From: Paramecium tetraurelia
Lineage: Eukaryota
DNA length: 64,000 nucleotides
Assembly (NCBI GenBank): GCA_000165425.1
Contig: CT868429.1
Coordinates: 1 to 64,000 of the forward strand
Direction: 5' to 3'
In this document: in pieces, positions 27,211 through 40,793 of the stretch
Layout of the letters: each line of letters begins with the position of its first letter
Numbering within the stretch: position 1 is the stretch's first letter
Notes under the pieces: model-generated
Told to the model about the DNA's origin: nothing
The model's database searches: none
Seen by the model: only the letters and a program-made list of their open reading frames with translations
Translations under genes and position numbers: made by a program

Positions 27211-28933
27211 TCATTTCTATATTCCCTTGTCTTCCTCCTGCTCCTCTTCGATTTTATACATAAAATTAATAGCCTCAGTAGCTTATCCCTTATTTACTAG
27301 AGTATTTCTCGTTGTTTGTGCTGTTTTATCTGGATTCGGCGAATTAGTAAAAGTATCACAATTCATGATGAGGGAGGGTTTAAAATTATTAAGTTACGGT
27401 GAAATAGTTTGAGTGTATTGGTCAAATTCAGAGGTTTGAAACTTTTTCATATTTTTTCTGGGTTGAGGATTCTATGGTGAATAAGCATTTTGCTGAATTT
27501 ATCCAAAGGATTTCATATTTTGCATAACAGGAATACTTAATTATTTTGTATTTTCTTCTTCCACAATTTCCTCTTCAAATTTTTATAGAATTAAATTTAC
27601 AACTTTAGTATTGAAATTTTGAGTTTAGAACATAGGATTCTATTTAGTAACATTAGATTATTAGAATTTGATCTTTCTGCTTTCGTATTTTTACGAAAAG
27701 TATGGATGCAATAGAGCATTTTAAGCAGTAATCCTTTCTTTTGGGTTTAGTTTGAGTAATTAAGTTATTAAATCTATAGCTTCAGCTGGAGTTTTGTAGA
27801 TAGTCAGACTATCTAAGACAATATTGCATTTCTTATTTAATCGTAGGATCTCTTAATAATCACTTCCAGGAAAGAGTTCTTTTCCAGTACACCTATATAG
27901 TGGTAAATACTTTAATTACAGTTTGTAAAATATACAGCCAACACTAAATTCATCGCAAATTGCAGTATATTTTTAAGTTAAATCTTTTAAATTAGCAATT
28001 TCAGGTGCCACATATCCAGGTGTTCCACATTTTGGGAATGGAAACACATCCACATTTTGATGGGTGGCTAAACCGAAGTCAACTATTTTTAGAGTTGATA
28101 TTTTATTGGTTTATTTAAACATAATATTTTCTGGTTTTAAATCTCTGTGCATAATTCCCTAAGAATGCATATAATCAATTGCTTGTAAAATTAACTTTAA
28201 TAGGAATTATTAGTTACTTTAATTATTATTTAAATTTGTTCTTATTCGAAAATTGATTATCTTTAATTCAGTAATTCATGCAAGCTTTTCCCTTCCAAAT
28301 ATTCCAAAATCATATAAAAAGTGTTTTCTCCTTCATAAAGATCAATCAATTGTATAATGTTGTCGTGTTTTAACCTTTGCATTAGTTAGATTTCATTGAA
28401 CAAAGCATTCTAAAAATTTTAAATATTCTTACATATCCTCCATCTTCTTGCAAATATCTCTTGTCAACACATTTGGATGCAAATTGAGATTGATCGTATT
28501 TTTTGGTGACCAAATAAACCTTTAGTTAACGTGAAAATATACTTTAGAAGAACCACCTTTGCCCAACATATAAATGGGAGTATAGAAATCGCTAATGTCT
28601 TTGTACATGATTTAACCCTGCATTAAATCTTTAAGCTGTTGCAAATCCTTTGTTGGAGCAGAGAAGAATTTTATTTCATCTTTATATTGAAATCCAAATT
28701 GTTCAATTATTGGGGACTTCGACTTTGTTATCCAATGAATTTTGGATGTTAAACTTAATTACACATTGTATTTTGGGTTTTGTTGTTTTGGATTCTAAGA
28801 AATTTTAAATAATTACGCTTGAAAGTATCAAAGCCTTGGGAAGGAGGTAGACGTAGTATTTAGAATCAATAACTAAATGCTTGCGTGAGCATTAAAATGT
28901 TAGCAGGACTTAATCGTAATTTATTTGCTGCAT
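27211..28933 (-). CDS. CAMK-family Ser/Thr protein kinase with an N-terminal PH-like domain
   Basis: LGKGGSSKVY, FASK, NEI, HRDLKPEN, DFGLA, CGTPGYVAPE are all intact; several tiny introns. Confidence 0.93.
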
Positions 28934-29001
28934 TTAATAATTAAATAAATGCGAGTTTGATTACAATATATATAACAATGTTCGTTCATATATAATAATT
29001 A

Positions 29002-29783
29002 TCATCTTTTTAAAGCTGGTATAAATGAAGCCTATTGTTTGAATGTATTCATCTTTTCATCCTTGATCTTGGCATCATCTTGCAAGGCAGTTTTACGAGC
29101 ATTTGCAAAGGTTTGCCCAAAAATATTAGCTGCAACTACTCTCTTCTGCATGCCAGTATACCCAGGTAAAGGATCCCCCAGAGGAACTACAATTTATTAT
29201 ATATAGATAGATACTTGGCACTTTTTATCCAGGGTCTCCATGGAACTTGTGAGTTGCTTCATCGATGGTTTCGGAATGATGTTCATATTCACTCTTCCAA
29301 TTGCTGAGTGATTCCTTCAATCTGGGATTGCCGGATTCATCCAACCTAAAGAAATTCTTAGCAGTTTCAGTTTGAGGCTATTAGGTTGTTTAAATATTTG
29401 AATTACAATCTTATATTCTATAGGTTTGGGTTTCACGCCAACGATTTCGGCAGCTGTTCTGAGTTGCACCTTATTTTAATTTTGATAAGTGTCTTATAGT
29501 TGTGATTTATATCTTAATTCGGGTGGAACATCTTGTCCTTTGTAATAGTCATCGTGTTAGATTTGGTATGTTATTTTCCCGTAAGTTTAAGCAAATAGGT
29601 TTTCAGCCTTCATTGATTTGATCTCTCCAGCATAACCTGAATAGATTTATATAACTCTTTACCTGGAATGTGGTTTTGTGGCTTTTCTTCCTAATAATAA
29701 CCGACTTATTGTTCAAAAAAGCCTTTTGGAATATGTCCTGTATATCCAGGAACGATATATTACAATCTGGTGCCTTCGAACAT
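29002..29783 (-). CDS. FAM166/CIMIP2-like ciliary microtubule inner protein (PGYxG repeats)
   Basis: VPGYTGHIP, IPGYAG...ENLFAQTYG, LPGYTG...ANIFGQTF; two tiny introns. Confidence 0.78.
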
Positions 29784-29827
29784 TATTAGAAAATAAATAA
29801 AATATTAATAAAAATTAATATATCTTC

Positions 29828-30320
29828 TCATGCCTTTCTCATTAATAAATACACTCTTTAATCGTCGGCAAATTTATCAAGTTCTTCAGATTTACCACTC
29901 AGCTTTAGAATCAATCCCCCGAAGGAAGCAAAAACATTGATCATTTTATTTTGATCCTTGATCATTTTGAATACTCGACCAAACATGGCATACTGAAATT
30001 TCTCCAGCAATTCATTGTCGATTTATGAAAATTCCGGCTTATATTTACCCTAACCTTAATGAACAATTTTACTTAATCCATTTCTTGAGATATTCCCAGG
30101 GATCTAACAATCAGGACTCTGTATTCACTGCCTTTGTCAATAGGGTAGATATCGATATTAACATCCAATTCCATATCCACTTCCCCTGACTTTGATTTAC
30201 ATTTTATTCTGGACACTCTTTTGAATGACTATCCAGCCTGGTCAATATCTTCAACCTTGAAATATCTAATCTAATATGGATTTCTTACTCGTCAATCAGT
30301 CTCTTTTCTGCTACGACCAT
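29828..30320 (-). CDS. RPB8: RNA polymerase I/II/III shared subunit RPABC3
   Basis: FKVEDID...FKRVSRI...MELDVNIDIYP...FQYAMFGRVFK...ASFGGLILKLSG...VYLLMRK; first intron 30266-30288 (23 nt). Confidence 0.93.
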
Positions 30321-30396
30321 TTATAAATTATTTAATATAATTCACTTAATATTTACTTAAAAATGTAATATTTTGATATAGTATATATTCTACAAT

Positions 30397-31422
30397 TCAG
30401 TATTGCTCTTACACCATCGACCCTTTGATTTTCAAGGGCACTTTGCTCTTGGTTTGAGTGCCTAGTCCAGACCCTGGAGTTTTTAATAGGAGATTCACCT
30501 AACTCAACTGATTTTAATTATTTGAGTAAGTTTTACAAAAAATAGCAGCCTATTTTATCATATTCCCATCATTCGTAGATTTTTTAGCACTGTGAAATTA
30601 ATTACATTGTTGAAGCACTTTTCTGAAATCGTGACTATTTATCGAAGAGTTCAAGCTTTTACAAAAATTATCCTTCAATTTTAATGGAGTTCCCTGTCGA
30701 AAATGATTGCTCTCCACTTTTCGTATTGACATCGGAGTCATCATCAAAGATCTTTGGTTCACTTAACCAGGAGCATTTACTTTTTTTAAAGGACTTTGAG
30801 GAAGTCCTGTCGATCGATGAGAATTCAATTGCTCTCTCCTCTAACCATGAACTGAGATCGGTCGTTGTATTTCAACCGAGGGAGGCCTGATCTAACTCAA
30901 TCGCTTTATTAGGAGTTCCTGATCAAAGCTTTATAACTATTGCATAAAGCCTAATAAGATGCATTTATACCTGGGTTTGGATTTATCAGAGGTCTAACTT
31001 ATATCAAATGTTGAAGGGATTTCTAGAAAGGGAAATTGCAAATCTGCATCAAATATGCTATGATAATGGTAGCACTTCTGCTGACCCCCACATAACAATG
31101 CACTAAAACATTGCATCTCTATCTGTTCTCTTGAATGAATTAAATGGATTCGTCAAAATGCCTTTTGATTGGATCGTGACTTGTATCATTTAAATGGAGA
31201 ATCTATCATATGAATGCTAGTTACTTTGTGATTAGCATCTTGGAATTGCAAATGGGCCATTTCTGATCCAACAGTAAGTATTGCGCCTATTTGATTCTAT
31301 TGCAACAAATAGGGATTGAGGGCTGCTTCTATCCCACTTAGAAATAGAGCACCAAGTTCTTAAGTTCTAGGTAAAATGCAGTCCATGACTCCAGAAGGAA
31401 AAGGTGGTCGCTATTACAACAT
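30397..31422 (-). CDS. Dual-specificity protein phosphatase
   Basis: GALFLSGIEAA, VLVHCYVGVSRSATIIIAYLM, RPLINPNPG; low-complexity Ser-rich tail. Confidence 0.92.
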
Positions 31423-31699
31423 CTATATTTTATAAATTTATTGATATATTTTATTTATGAATGTATATTTTGGAACTCAATTTCTTATACTTCCAAAACC
31501 TTTAGAGACTAACCAAATATGCTAGATTTTATAAAAGATTCATTGATTTATATTCATACATCACTCCTAGATGCTACAACACTGAACAAATATGAAAATA
31601 GTTATTATGTTGATATCAGAAGACATAGAAAGAATTTATAATTATTTGCTTGTTTGTATAATTAATTCATACACACATGCATTTTACATATTAACTCTG

Positions 31700-34600
31700 T
31701 CATAATGATTATTCATTTATGCTTAGTGTAAATTCGATGTCGATGTACTTCTCATCTATTTCATATGTCTTATCTTCTTTAAGTAAATGTATTTTTAATT
31801 AAGGCTTTTCAAAGTCTTCACTGCCTGTAAGAAAGCATTTTATATTCATTAAACTTATGGTCTTTTATTACGACAATGCTATTTAGGATTAATTTCATAC
31901 AATCCTTCCATTTTCTATTCTATTTTGGATGATGAGACACCAATTCAAATTGGAATAATCCTTCATCATCTCCTGCATATTGGATCTTTATGGCCATATC
32001 AAAATAATCTGGTTGAGAATAGGGTATAAACTTTTCTTAACTAAATACACTCTATGATTATTACACTAAAATACCATAAATTGAACTTTAAACAAAATTG
32101 ATTTTTTCTTCAGTTAATAAATATCATACAAATTCTTTTTGATATGCATTATTTTTTGTAACGATTACTATTTACAATATAATTGTTCTAGTGATTCGAA
32201 ATAAGATTCATCTAAAACACCCAATTTTTAAAAACAATCTTTGTAGTTAAACTATTACTTTATAAAAATCTCTAAATTAAATATAGTAAATTTATTTACA
32301 TTAGCCTTTTTAAGCCACTTATCGAATTGAATTGCGATTTTCTAAAGGTATATTTTAAGATCCATTGTCTATTGTGATGGTCTCTTTCGAATTGCTACGT
32401 AATTCATATAATTCTAAATCGTCATCTATTTTATCTGATAAATCTATGATATCTAACGCTTTAATTGAGTCTACTTTCAAATTAGTTGCAAACTAGTGAT
32501 TTTTAACAGCAATGATAATTTTTAATTGTTAATCTTAAAATTCCTCAAATGCATATAAATTCAATATGAAAGGATGCTATATTAAGAAATGTTCCTCAAC
32601 AACAACTTTATGAATATTACCTTTCTAGGTGATCGTTGCTCCCTATAAACTAAACAACTCTGATGCTATCTTTACCTTCGAAATCAATGTGAGTTCTAAT
32701 TCAGTTATATCCAAAGGCAAATCGCTGACTGATAGCAATATTGGAGTTCCGATGTTTGTGATAGTAGCAACATTCTATATATTTATTAAGGGATGCAGGA
32801 TATGCAATTTTAATTACTGTACTTTTTATGAAACATCAAAGTACAGTTTGAAAGGACCTGAAAGGAAAGTTACTTTTCTAATTGAATACAATCCTCCTTG
32901 ATTCGAATTTAATTATTGTTTGAATTCAAAATTCACCTTTTTTTCTTCTCTCAACTACTTCACATCTGAAACTAACTTCAGTTTTCTCTTATCTTTGACT
33001 CCCCCTCCTTTATGTTTTAGAGTGATAGTAAAGGTTCCATTACATTCAACTTACAAATATTTTAAAATCGAAAATTTAAATACAAAGTCATTATAAGAAA
33101 TTCTTTGCTTGACTTAAAAAGTCTCGAAATATCCAATATATGACAATTTGAGTTTAGTTAATGGAAGTTTTAAGATTTAAAACAATTTTGTGTATCTACT
33201 TCCAGGTAGATTTGATTGAAGGGTGTCTTTAAAAGTCTCTTAGAATGATAATTCCATTTTTTCTCTGTAGAAATATATCAATTTTTGAACCAGTAAACTT
33301 GAATGTAAATTTTTAAAATCAATATTATTATACTTTAAAGCTCTGTCAATATTATCCTAGTTTAATTCTAGTTTTGGATACACATTTTTTAATTTCAAAA
33401 TCATAAATTAATATTCAAAGATCACTCTGTGTAAATTTAATTGAGTTGCAATTGAAATTATGTCGTTTACAATTGAGGAATAAAATTCAGAGAAATCGTG
33501 TAGATTGTGAATTTATCCTTTTAACTTTGTGTCACTTAATAAATAAGTTTTAAATAGTTCTTTGGGATCACTTTGAATATCCCGACTGATTACAACATCA
33601 TCAAATTTAATTTCATTTAATTAATCAAGAATTGTTTGCTCCAACAATTCACATTGAACTACTAGTGGTAATCTTCTTACATAATTAAATTAAATCTTAT
33701 AAAGAGTGAATCCTAGTTTTTCAACAATGCATAATAAAGCAAATCTTATTTTTAATTAAGATTATAATTATTGCAACAATAAATCCCCAGACAGATTCTG
33801 TGGCACAGAAGCCATTAAATTAATACTGCCTCTCTTCAATTATTATTTATTAATACCATATTAAAAAATTGCCATATTAATAATCCTAGTCCCCACAATT
33901 CTTCTTCATCTGCATGAAATTACTATTTTTGTTTATTGACTTCAATCTATTAATGAACAACTTATTGTATCTCATCAGAAAAATTGAGAATCTTTTCAAC
34001 TCCATATATTTAATTTCCTCCTGAAAGCAAATCAATTATCTTGCATAATATTGTAAAATACTCGATATTGTATCAACACCAAAAAATCCAAGATGGTTGA
34101 TTGTGACTCATCCCCTGATTCCTCAAAATTCCTTATATTTGATTCTACAGACTTCCTGACTAGGAAATCAAAGGGATGTATCGCATTGAATATTGGTTGT
34201 ATAGTGTTCGGGTAATGTTCTAGAAAGAATTTCTCCTACCCTACATAAATCTCTAAGGCTTCCTGCTTCAAACCTATGCTCTCATAAATTTTTGCCTTTT
34301 TTTCTTTTAATGAGTAAAGCTTATAAAAACTGAAAGATTTCTCTTTTCTATTTATTTAACACAATATTGTTACATCAATTGCTCTTAGTCATAAATTTGA
34401 TTATCTAATATATCATATTGACTCTCCAAATATTGTTGGACTGATAATTAGAAATAATATAGAAATTCCCTCATACATTGTTCCTTATTCAACTCTCTAT
34501 CAGGGTCATAAAATATAATCTTCTAGACTTTATCCTTTGGAAATTGCTTCACAATCTACAAATCTTAGCAAATCAATTCGTGTGTCTATTGGAGTATTTT

Positions 34601-34928
34601 CTCAATCATTATATATTAATGTTACATTCACTTTATCATCTACTCTTAACAAACTTGGAAAAAATAGGATGATGCTATTCTTAGCTGGATAATCATCGAA
34701 ATATTTCATTAATCTTTATCTCGCCGTATTCTTATATCCTTCGTATGAATTAGTGCTTAAAATATAAATATAAATTAATGGTTTGTATGTTTGCTAGTTT
34801 TTGAATTAAACGTTGAGTGTTCCGACCTTGTCCTTAAATTAGAAATTCTTAATAGGGAAATAGGGAGCTGTTAATTCCAAAAAATGAGGATACAAGCTAT
34901 ATTAATCCACTACCTATATATCAAGCAT
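31700..34928 (-). CDS. TRAPPC10/Trs130-like trafficking protein
   Basis: PLIYIYILSTNSYEGYKNTARQRL and FYKLYSLKEKKAKIYESIGLKQEALEIY resemble the TRAPPC10 N-terminal motifs; helical middle and beta-rich C-terminus; ~1000 aa. Confidence 0.6.
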
Positions 34929-35215
34929 AATTATTATTATTATACAATAAATAAATTTTATTATTATTCTATATTTCCTTTTCAATTTCAATTTAACTTT
35001 AACTAGCCTCCCTTACTTTTGGTTATATATATATTTCAATGATAGGAACACAATGACTAAAATAAATAAATTTTCAAGAGTTTATAAATTTTACTGAAAA
35101 TTAATTAAAGCAGAAAAATACGTGAGACTTCTTATTAAATGTCCCAGACATTTTGATATTGGTATTAAATTACTTAAATATTATTATATTAACTCATCAA
35201 ATAATAATAATAAAA

Positions 35216-36673
35216 ATGATGTATGCTCTATTCTTATTTTCTCAATTTGCTTATTGCTACGAAGAAATATAGCTTCAAAACACTAAGGGACTTCGATAAC
35301 TTAATATAGAAAACACAAGGGATGAAACAATCGTATTTGAAGCGAAATCCAGTTAAAGTCAAGTAAGCATACTGTTGATTTGTGACTCTGCTCCAAACTT
35401 TTAAAATTTACAGGAAATTTACAATGATTCAAAGTATTTTAATTTATATGAAGCTTTGGATGCATTTGTGATTGGAATGCTTTTGATTTCTCTGAAGCTT
35501 CCTAAAAAGTAATGCTTATTCGAAATTCAACAAATAATATGATATCACATTCTAAAAATGTCAAATACACAAATAGCAGATCTCCTTATGTAGGAGTATT
35601 TTCCAACAAATATGATTTTGTCAATATCTACATTTATCCAAAATAATCTAACGATTGCATAGTGTAAATTTCACAAGTATTCAATAGAAATTGCAAGTAC
35701 AATGGAGAATGCAACAAAGGCAGCTGTTAATGTGAGGAAGGACACTTTGGTTTTGATTGTAAATACCAAGGGTCAAATATTTTGGATGAGGAATACCTGA
35801 TAAAGTCTAGGTTCTATTATGTGGATCTAAAATCTATAAAGGAATCTAATTTTTCAATTCAGTTTAAAAAGTAAGGCGAACTTAGTTATTAATGCTTCTC
35901 TATAAATCCTTACTTAAGAAAGGCCAATATTATTAACAGTGACAATATTTATATATCAGCAGAAGAAATTAATAACTGTTTGCATTAAGGAGATATATAA
36001 TTTGGGGTTGCTTCATATTACATCATTTAAATTTATCAAGATGAATTACTTTACATTAAGAAATAGGACAGTGAAAACTTCAATGATAACAGAACTATAC
36101 TAATTGCCATTTTGTCAACATGTCTCTCATTTCTATGTTGCCTTATCTTCTGTGTTTTTAAGTGTTACAGGACAAAGAGGGTAGTAGTAAATCCAAATGC
36201 AAATGCAAATAGAATATTAATGAATTTGTAAGAAAACAAAACTACAATTGATTAGACATAAGAAATAAATGAGCTAATTCCTTTAATTTAATACTCAGCT
36301 ATTTTCAAGAAATACCCCTAAATATTAGATTTTAGTCAATGTGCCATTTGTTTGGATACTTTTTACCAAGAATAGTAAGTGAGAGTGACTTATTGTTACC
36401 ATGTTTTTCATTCCAAGTGTTTTGATGCTTGGATTAAGAAAAATTCAGTATTTTACTTATCTATAATAGAGTTGTCCAATCTGTAGATCATCATAGGATA
36501 AAAGAACTATAAAGTAACAAGAAAAACTGCAAACCATCATTTCTTAAAACACAGAATTCAACCCAGAAGTTACAAATCAAAAGTAAGCGATATCAAGAAC
36601 ATATGGAGAAACTCCTATGTTGACGAACCATAGGTCAGTTGGATCTTCTAAGTACATCTAAAGTAATATTTGA
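35216..36673 (+). CDS. Signal peptide - EGF - single TM - RING-H2 E3 ligase
   Basis: Hydrophobic N-terminus; CKYNGECNKGSCQCEEGHFGFDC (EGF); TM ILIAILSTCLSFLCCLIFCVF; CAICLDTF...CYHVFHSKCFDAWI...CPICRS. Confidence 0.88.
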
Positions 36674-36756
36674 TTTATAATTCGCTTATCTCTTTCATAA
36701 TTGTAAGCAGTAATTTCAAATTGATTAAATAATTCAGAATTTCATAGAATCAAAAG

Positions 36757-37689
36757 TCAATCATTTTACTGTTATAATGATGGAGGTGGTTTGAGTTAAG
36801 GATCTAGCATATGTCCATTCTCAATTTCCCTCTCTTAGAGCTATTAATGAGAATCAATCCATCTACCCTTCCCAACTTTGAGACCATTCTCAAATATCCC
36901 ATGAAACTCCGATTTATCTGAATATTTCATCTTGCCAGGGCCATTCTTTAATCCATATTTAAATTCTCCTTCATATTCTCTTCCATCAGGCCATTTCAAT
37001 CTTCCCAAACCGTGCATCTATCCATTGAACCATTAACCTTCATACACAACTTTATTATAATATTTAAGTTCTCCATATCCACTATAGAGATCCTCAACAA
37101 AATCACCAGAGTACACACTTCCATCACTATAAATAAATTAACCTCTTCCATGCTTATGACCATTGTGGAATTCCCCAGTGTATATAGATCCATCAGGATG
37201 TTTTTCTATTCCATAATCTTCATCTCCAATAAATATGATTCCATTAGCATATGTATACTGATTGCCAACCTAAATGTCACCATTTGGATAAATTATTCTT
37301 CCATCTAGTAATGCATCATTTTACCAGTCACCTTAAATGATGGTTCCACTTTGCTATAATAATATTCCCAATCCATGTTTCTTGCCATGAATCCAACATC
37401 CCTCATAAATATCTCCATTTTCTAATCGAAAGGGAGGATATCTTTTGAATTTCTTTTTAACAGTTTTTTTGTCGAACTATATTCTATATTCATCTGCAAT
37501 CATATCATAAAATTCTGGACAAAGAGTAGCATTTTTTGGTCTGTCAATTTCATCCAATTTTTTAATTTTCTTTTCATCTTATTAATTCCTAAAAACCTAA
37601 AATCCTGATTAAATTTTCAATAGTCCTCTCTGTATAGCATTGAAACGATTGTCATCTATTTCTTCTTCCTAAGCTTACCTATTACCCAT
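36757..37689 (-). CDS. MORN-repeat protein, 310 aa
   Basis: Intronless ORF starting MGN with repeated YxGxW/F...HGxG units. Confidence 0.92.
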
Positions 37690-37922
37690 ATTCTCTTATA
37701 ATTAATAATTTTGTATAATAATAATAATTACTATATGATTCTACAATATCCACTTATTATTCAATAATGCATCTGATCAATTTAGAACTATTTAGTATAC
37801 TTGAAATATGACCATTATTTTTTGATTAATATTAGAAACACTCTAATTATGATGACACTTAGATAATTAAATATCTGAATGAGAAGAACATTATTGATAT
37901 TTTATAATAATATTCTTATACA

Positions 37923-38694
37923 TCATTGCTTTAAACGTATGTCATTGTGATGTTTCAAGTTCCTTTATATTGAACTGGCTACTCTCTATAATTCATCCAA
38001 ATAACTAAATTAATAATTAAATTTACTTTCTTGGTAAGGTTTACAACTCACTTGCTGGTGTCAATTCTAATAAATTTTAGATTTCAACTAACCTTTGGAT
38101 AGGCACAGAGTTACTGAGTTGGGTACTATTTGAATATTTATTTAATTTACCCTCTTTCGGGATAGAATTTTGATGTTTGAGATCCAGATCTCACCAAATT
38201 ATCTTAATTATTTCTGTTTTAAGGTGATAAGAAAGAGTACTTGGATCCTGATTAGTCGTAGTAAGTGCTTTTGAAATCCTAGGCACCTGTGGATAAATGA
38301 AACTTTCCAGTTTGTTCTTGAGTCCCGATCTATTGCATTCTTAGGTTTAAATGACAGTTTTACTTCTTCTTTAATCCACTAATTTTTGCAGGGGAGGATT
38401 GAGACACCTACTCAGGATTTTGGGTAGGTTTTCCAAATAAAATATCTAAAGTACGAAGAGTATTTTAATGTTTTCTGGGACTGTCTCGGGTTTATTAGCC
38501 ACCCTTTGGACTCAAAGGCTTTTAGCCCAGCTTTTCGAAATGGTTATATTTATCTATGATGGAAGTTCTTACTTCGCTTCTTAGGGCTTGGTAATTTATC
38601 TATTATAGACTATTGATGAAACCTCTTTGCTTGCTAGGGAGCTAGTATAGGAAGAAGGTTTTTCAGATATATCTGTCACATGAAATATCGACAT
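37923..38694 (-). CDS. Hypothetical multi-intron protein
   Basis: ATG 38694, several tiny GT-AG introns, ends LTPASELQTLPRNYLDELQRVASSIQRNL...; internal exon phasing uncertain. Confidence 0.6.
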
Positions 38695-38989
38695 TAAAAT
38701 TTATTTATATTATATTATTTTTATTTCAATGTAATTGTAATTAATACTAGTTTTCTTTAAGATTTGCTATAATTAAATTTATAATCGCATAATCATTATT
38801 TAATAATGACCTTATATAATATTGAGAGAGCTTAATACAAATATAACAGCAAGTTTTAATTAATGATTCTTCGTGTGAAATAATACTAGAACTATTTAGA
38901 AGGTTCATAGTAGAATTTACCATTATGAATATTTTATTCGTATAAACCAGGTATTGAAATGGATTTTCAATTAATTATTCATTTTTTTG

Positions 38990-40667
38990 ATGAAAAGATT
39001 CCTCAAGTTAAATTTGGACATTAGCAAAAAGATTACCTATGAACAATCACATAGGAAGTGTTTTTTTTAAAGGGACTATGTTAGAATGGAATGGACCAGA
39101 TAAAAGTTACCCAAATCGCAATTGGAGTTTGACATTGTTTAAAAGGTCATCATGAAAAATAAAAAGAATGTAAAAAAAACTTACCTGATCATGATGCATC
39201 AGAATATCATGATGAGACAGAAGAAAGATGTATATCATCATCATAATTTAGGGGTCCTTATGTTGGATCGACTTTGAAAATTCCATTTTGGATTCTATCA
39301 ACGACCCATAATTTGGAGATGGCATCAGACTAACGAAATGTTTCGACGAAATAGAAATCTATGGAGAATTAGATAAAATGCTCCCTATTTTTAAGAAATA
39401 CACTATCCAATTAGAATTCACTTAATAATATCATTTTTTAAAGAAGATTAATTCTTGTGATAAAACTGAGGTAAACTATTTATCATCTAATTATTAGGTT
39501 TTTAGAATAAGGTCGAAAACAGATAGAAATGATTATTAATGCAAAATATTTTATAAAAAAGCACTCAACCTTACCATGGAAAAATAAATAGAGAAGGAAT
39601 TGTATATATTGAGAAGAATTAACGATGAATATATCCAAAAATACTTTGAAACCTTTGAAAATTAGGACTAAATAATAATCATAGAAGAATTAATAATAGG
39701 CGGAAATTTTGATTCTTATTTATAAAAATGGCCATTATTGTCAGAGGAAAAAGCATCCAAATTTTTTTTTAAATTATTTAAAAGTTTAGCTTATCTTCAT
39801 TCCAAAGGGATAATGCATAGAGACTTAAAACCAGAAAATATTGGGCTTAGATTGAATGGAAACCTTGAAAACCCTTGCATTTGTTTTTTCGGATTGGCTG
39901 ATGTCGTAAGTTTAGAGAATGATTCAGACGAAGAAGAAGAGACCCCCAAATATTTATTTTAAAGATGTGGAACACCAGGATTTGTTGCTCCAGAAATCTT
40001 GAAGAATTAGTAATATGATTGCAAGGTTGACATCTATAGTTTGGGAATTATGATGTATTATTCATTGACCGGGAAAAAGCCTTTCGATTCAGATGACTAT
40101 CAACAGTTGATCGAGCAAAACGAGGAAGGATAAGTAGACATATCGATTCTAAAGTTAAGTAAAGAAGGGCTGATGCTTATTGAAAGCATTCTCAAACCTG
40201 ATCCAGATGAAAGAATTACAGCTTAAGCAGCCTTAAATCATATTTGGTTTAAGACGGAGAAGCTTTCTAAATTAATGGAGTTTAAGGCGCATAACAACAT
40301 CAAGAAATTTTAATTTAAAAGTCCATAACATCGAAAAAGCATGCAAAATTCCCCTAAATTGTTACCTATTGTACTTAATAAGCAAAGCGTTGATTAAAGT
40401 TATGGCAGTCCTTTATAGCATTAATTTTCGAATGCTTATAGAAATTCTATTAATTCTCATAATCATTCAATCTTTCGTATTACTACATTGAATGGAAGTT
40501 TTAGTCCAAAAGACGTTCAATCTTTTTCTTAATCGTTAAATCCTAATAGTTTATTGGTAAGGCCAAGTGGAATTTCACCTTCATTTTTCGCCAAGACATC
40601 GAGACCGTCATAATCAATATCTGTTTTAATGCCGAATATATTCCCTAAGCAATTGGAATAAAAGTGA
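38990..40667 (+). CDS. CAMK-like kinase with degenerate DFG (FFG) and Gly loop, probable pseudokinase
   Basis: HRDLKPEN and RCGTPGFVAPE are present; DFG reads FFG; Gly loop reads INSCDKTE; two tiny introns; N-terminal PH-like region. Confidence 0.88.
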
Positions 40668-40793
40668 AATAATGAACAATATTATTGAATATATTTATAA
40701 GTTATTTTATTTATGAATTTTATTATAGAAACATAAACAAAATACAAAGGGAAAGATTAATTATTTAATCATTCTATTTTATTGGTTGATGAG

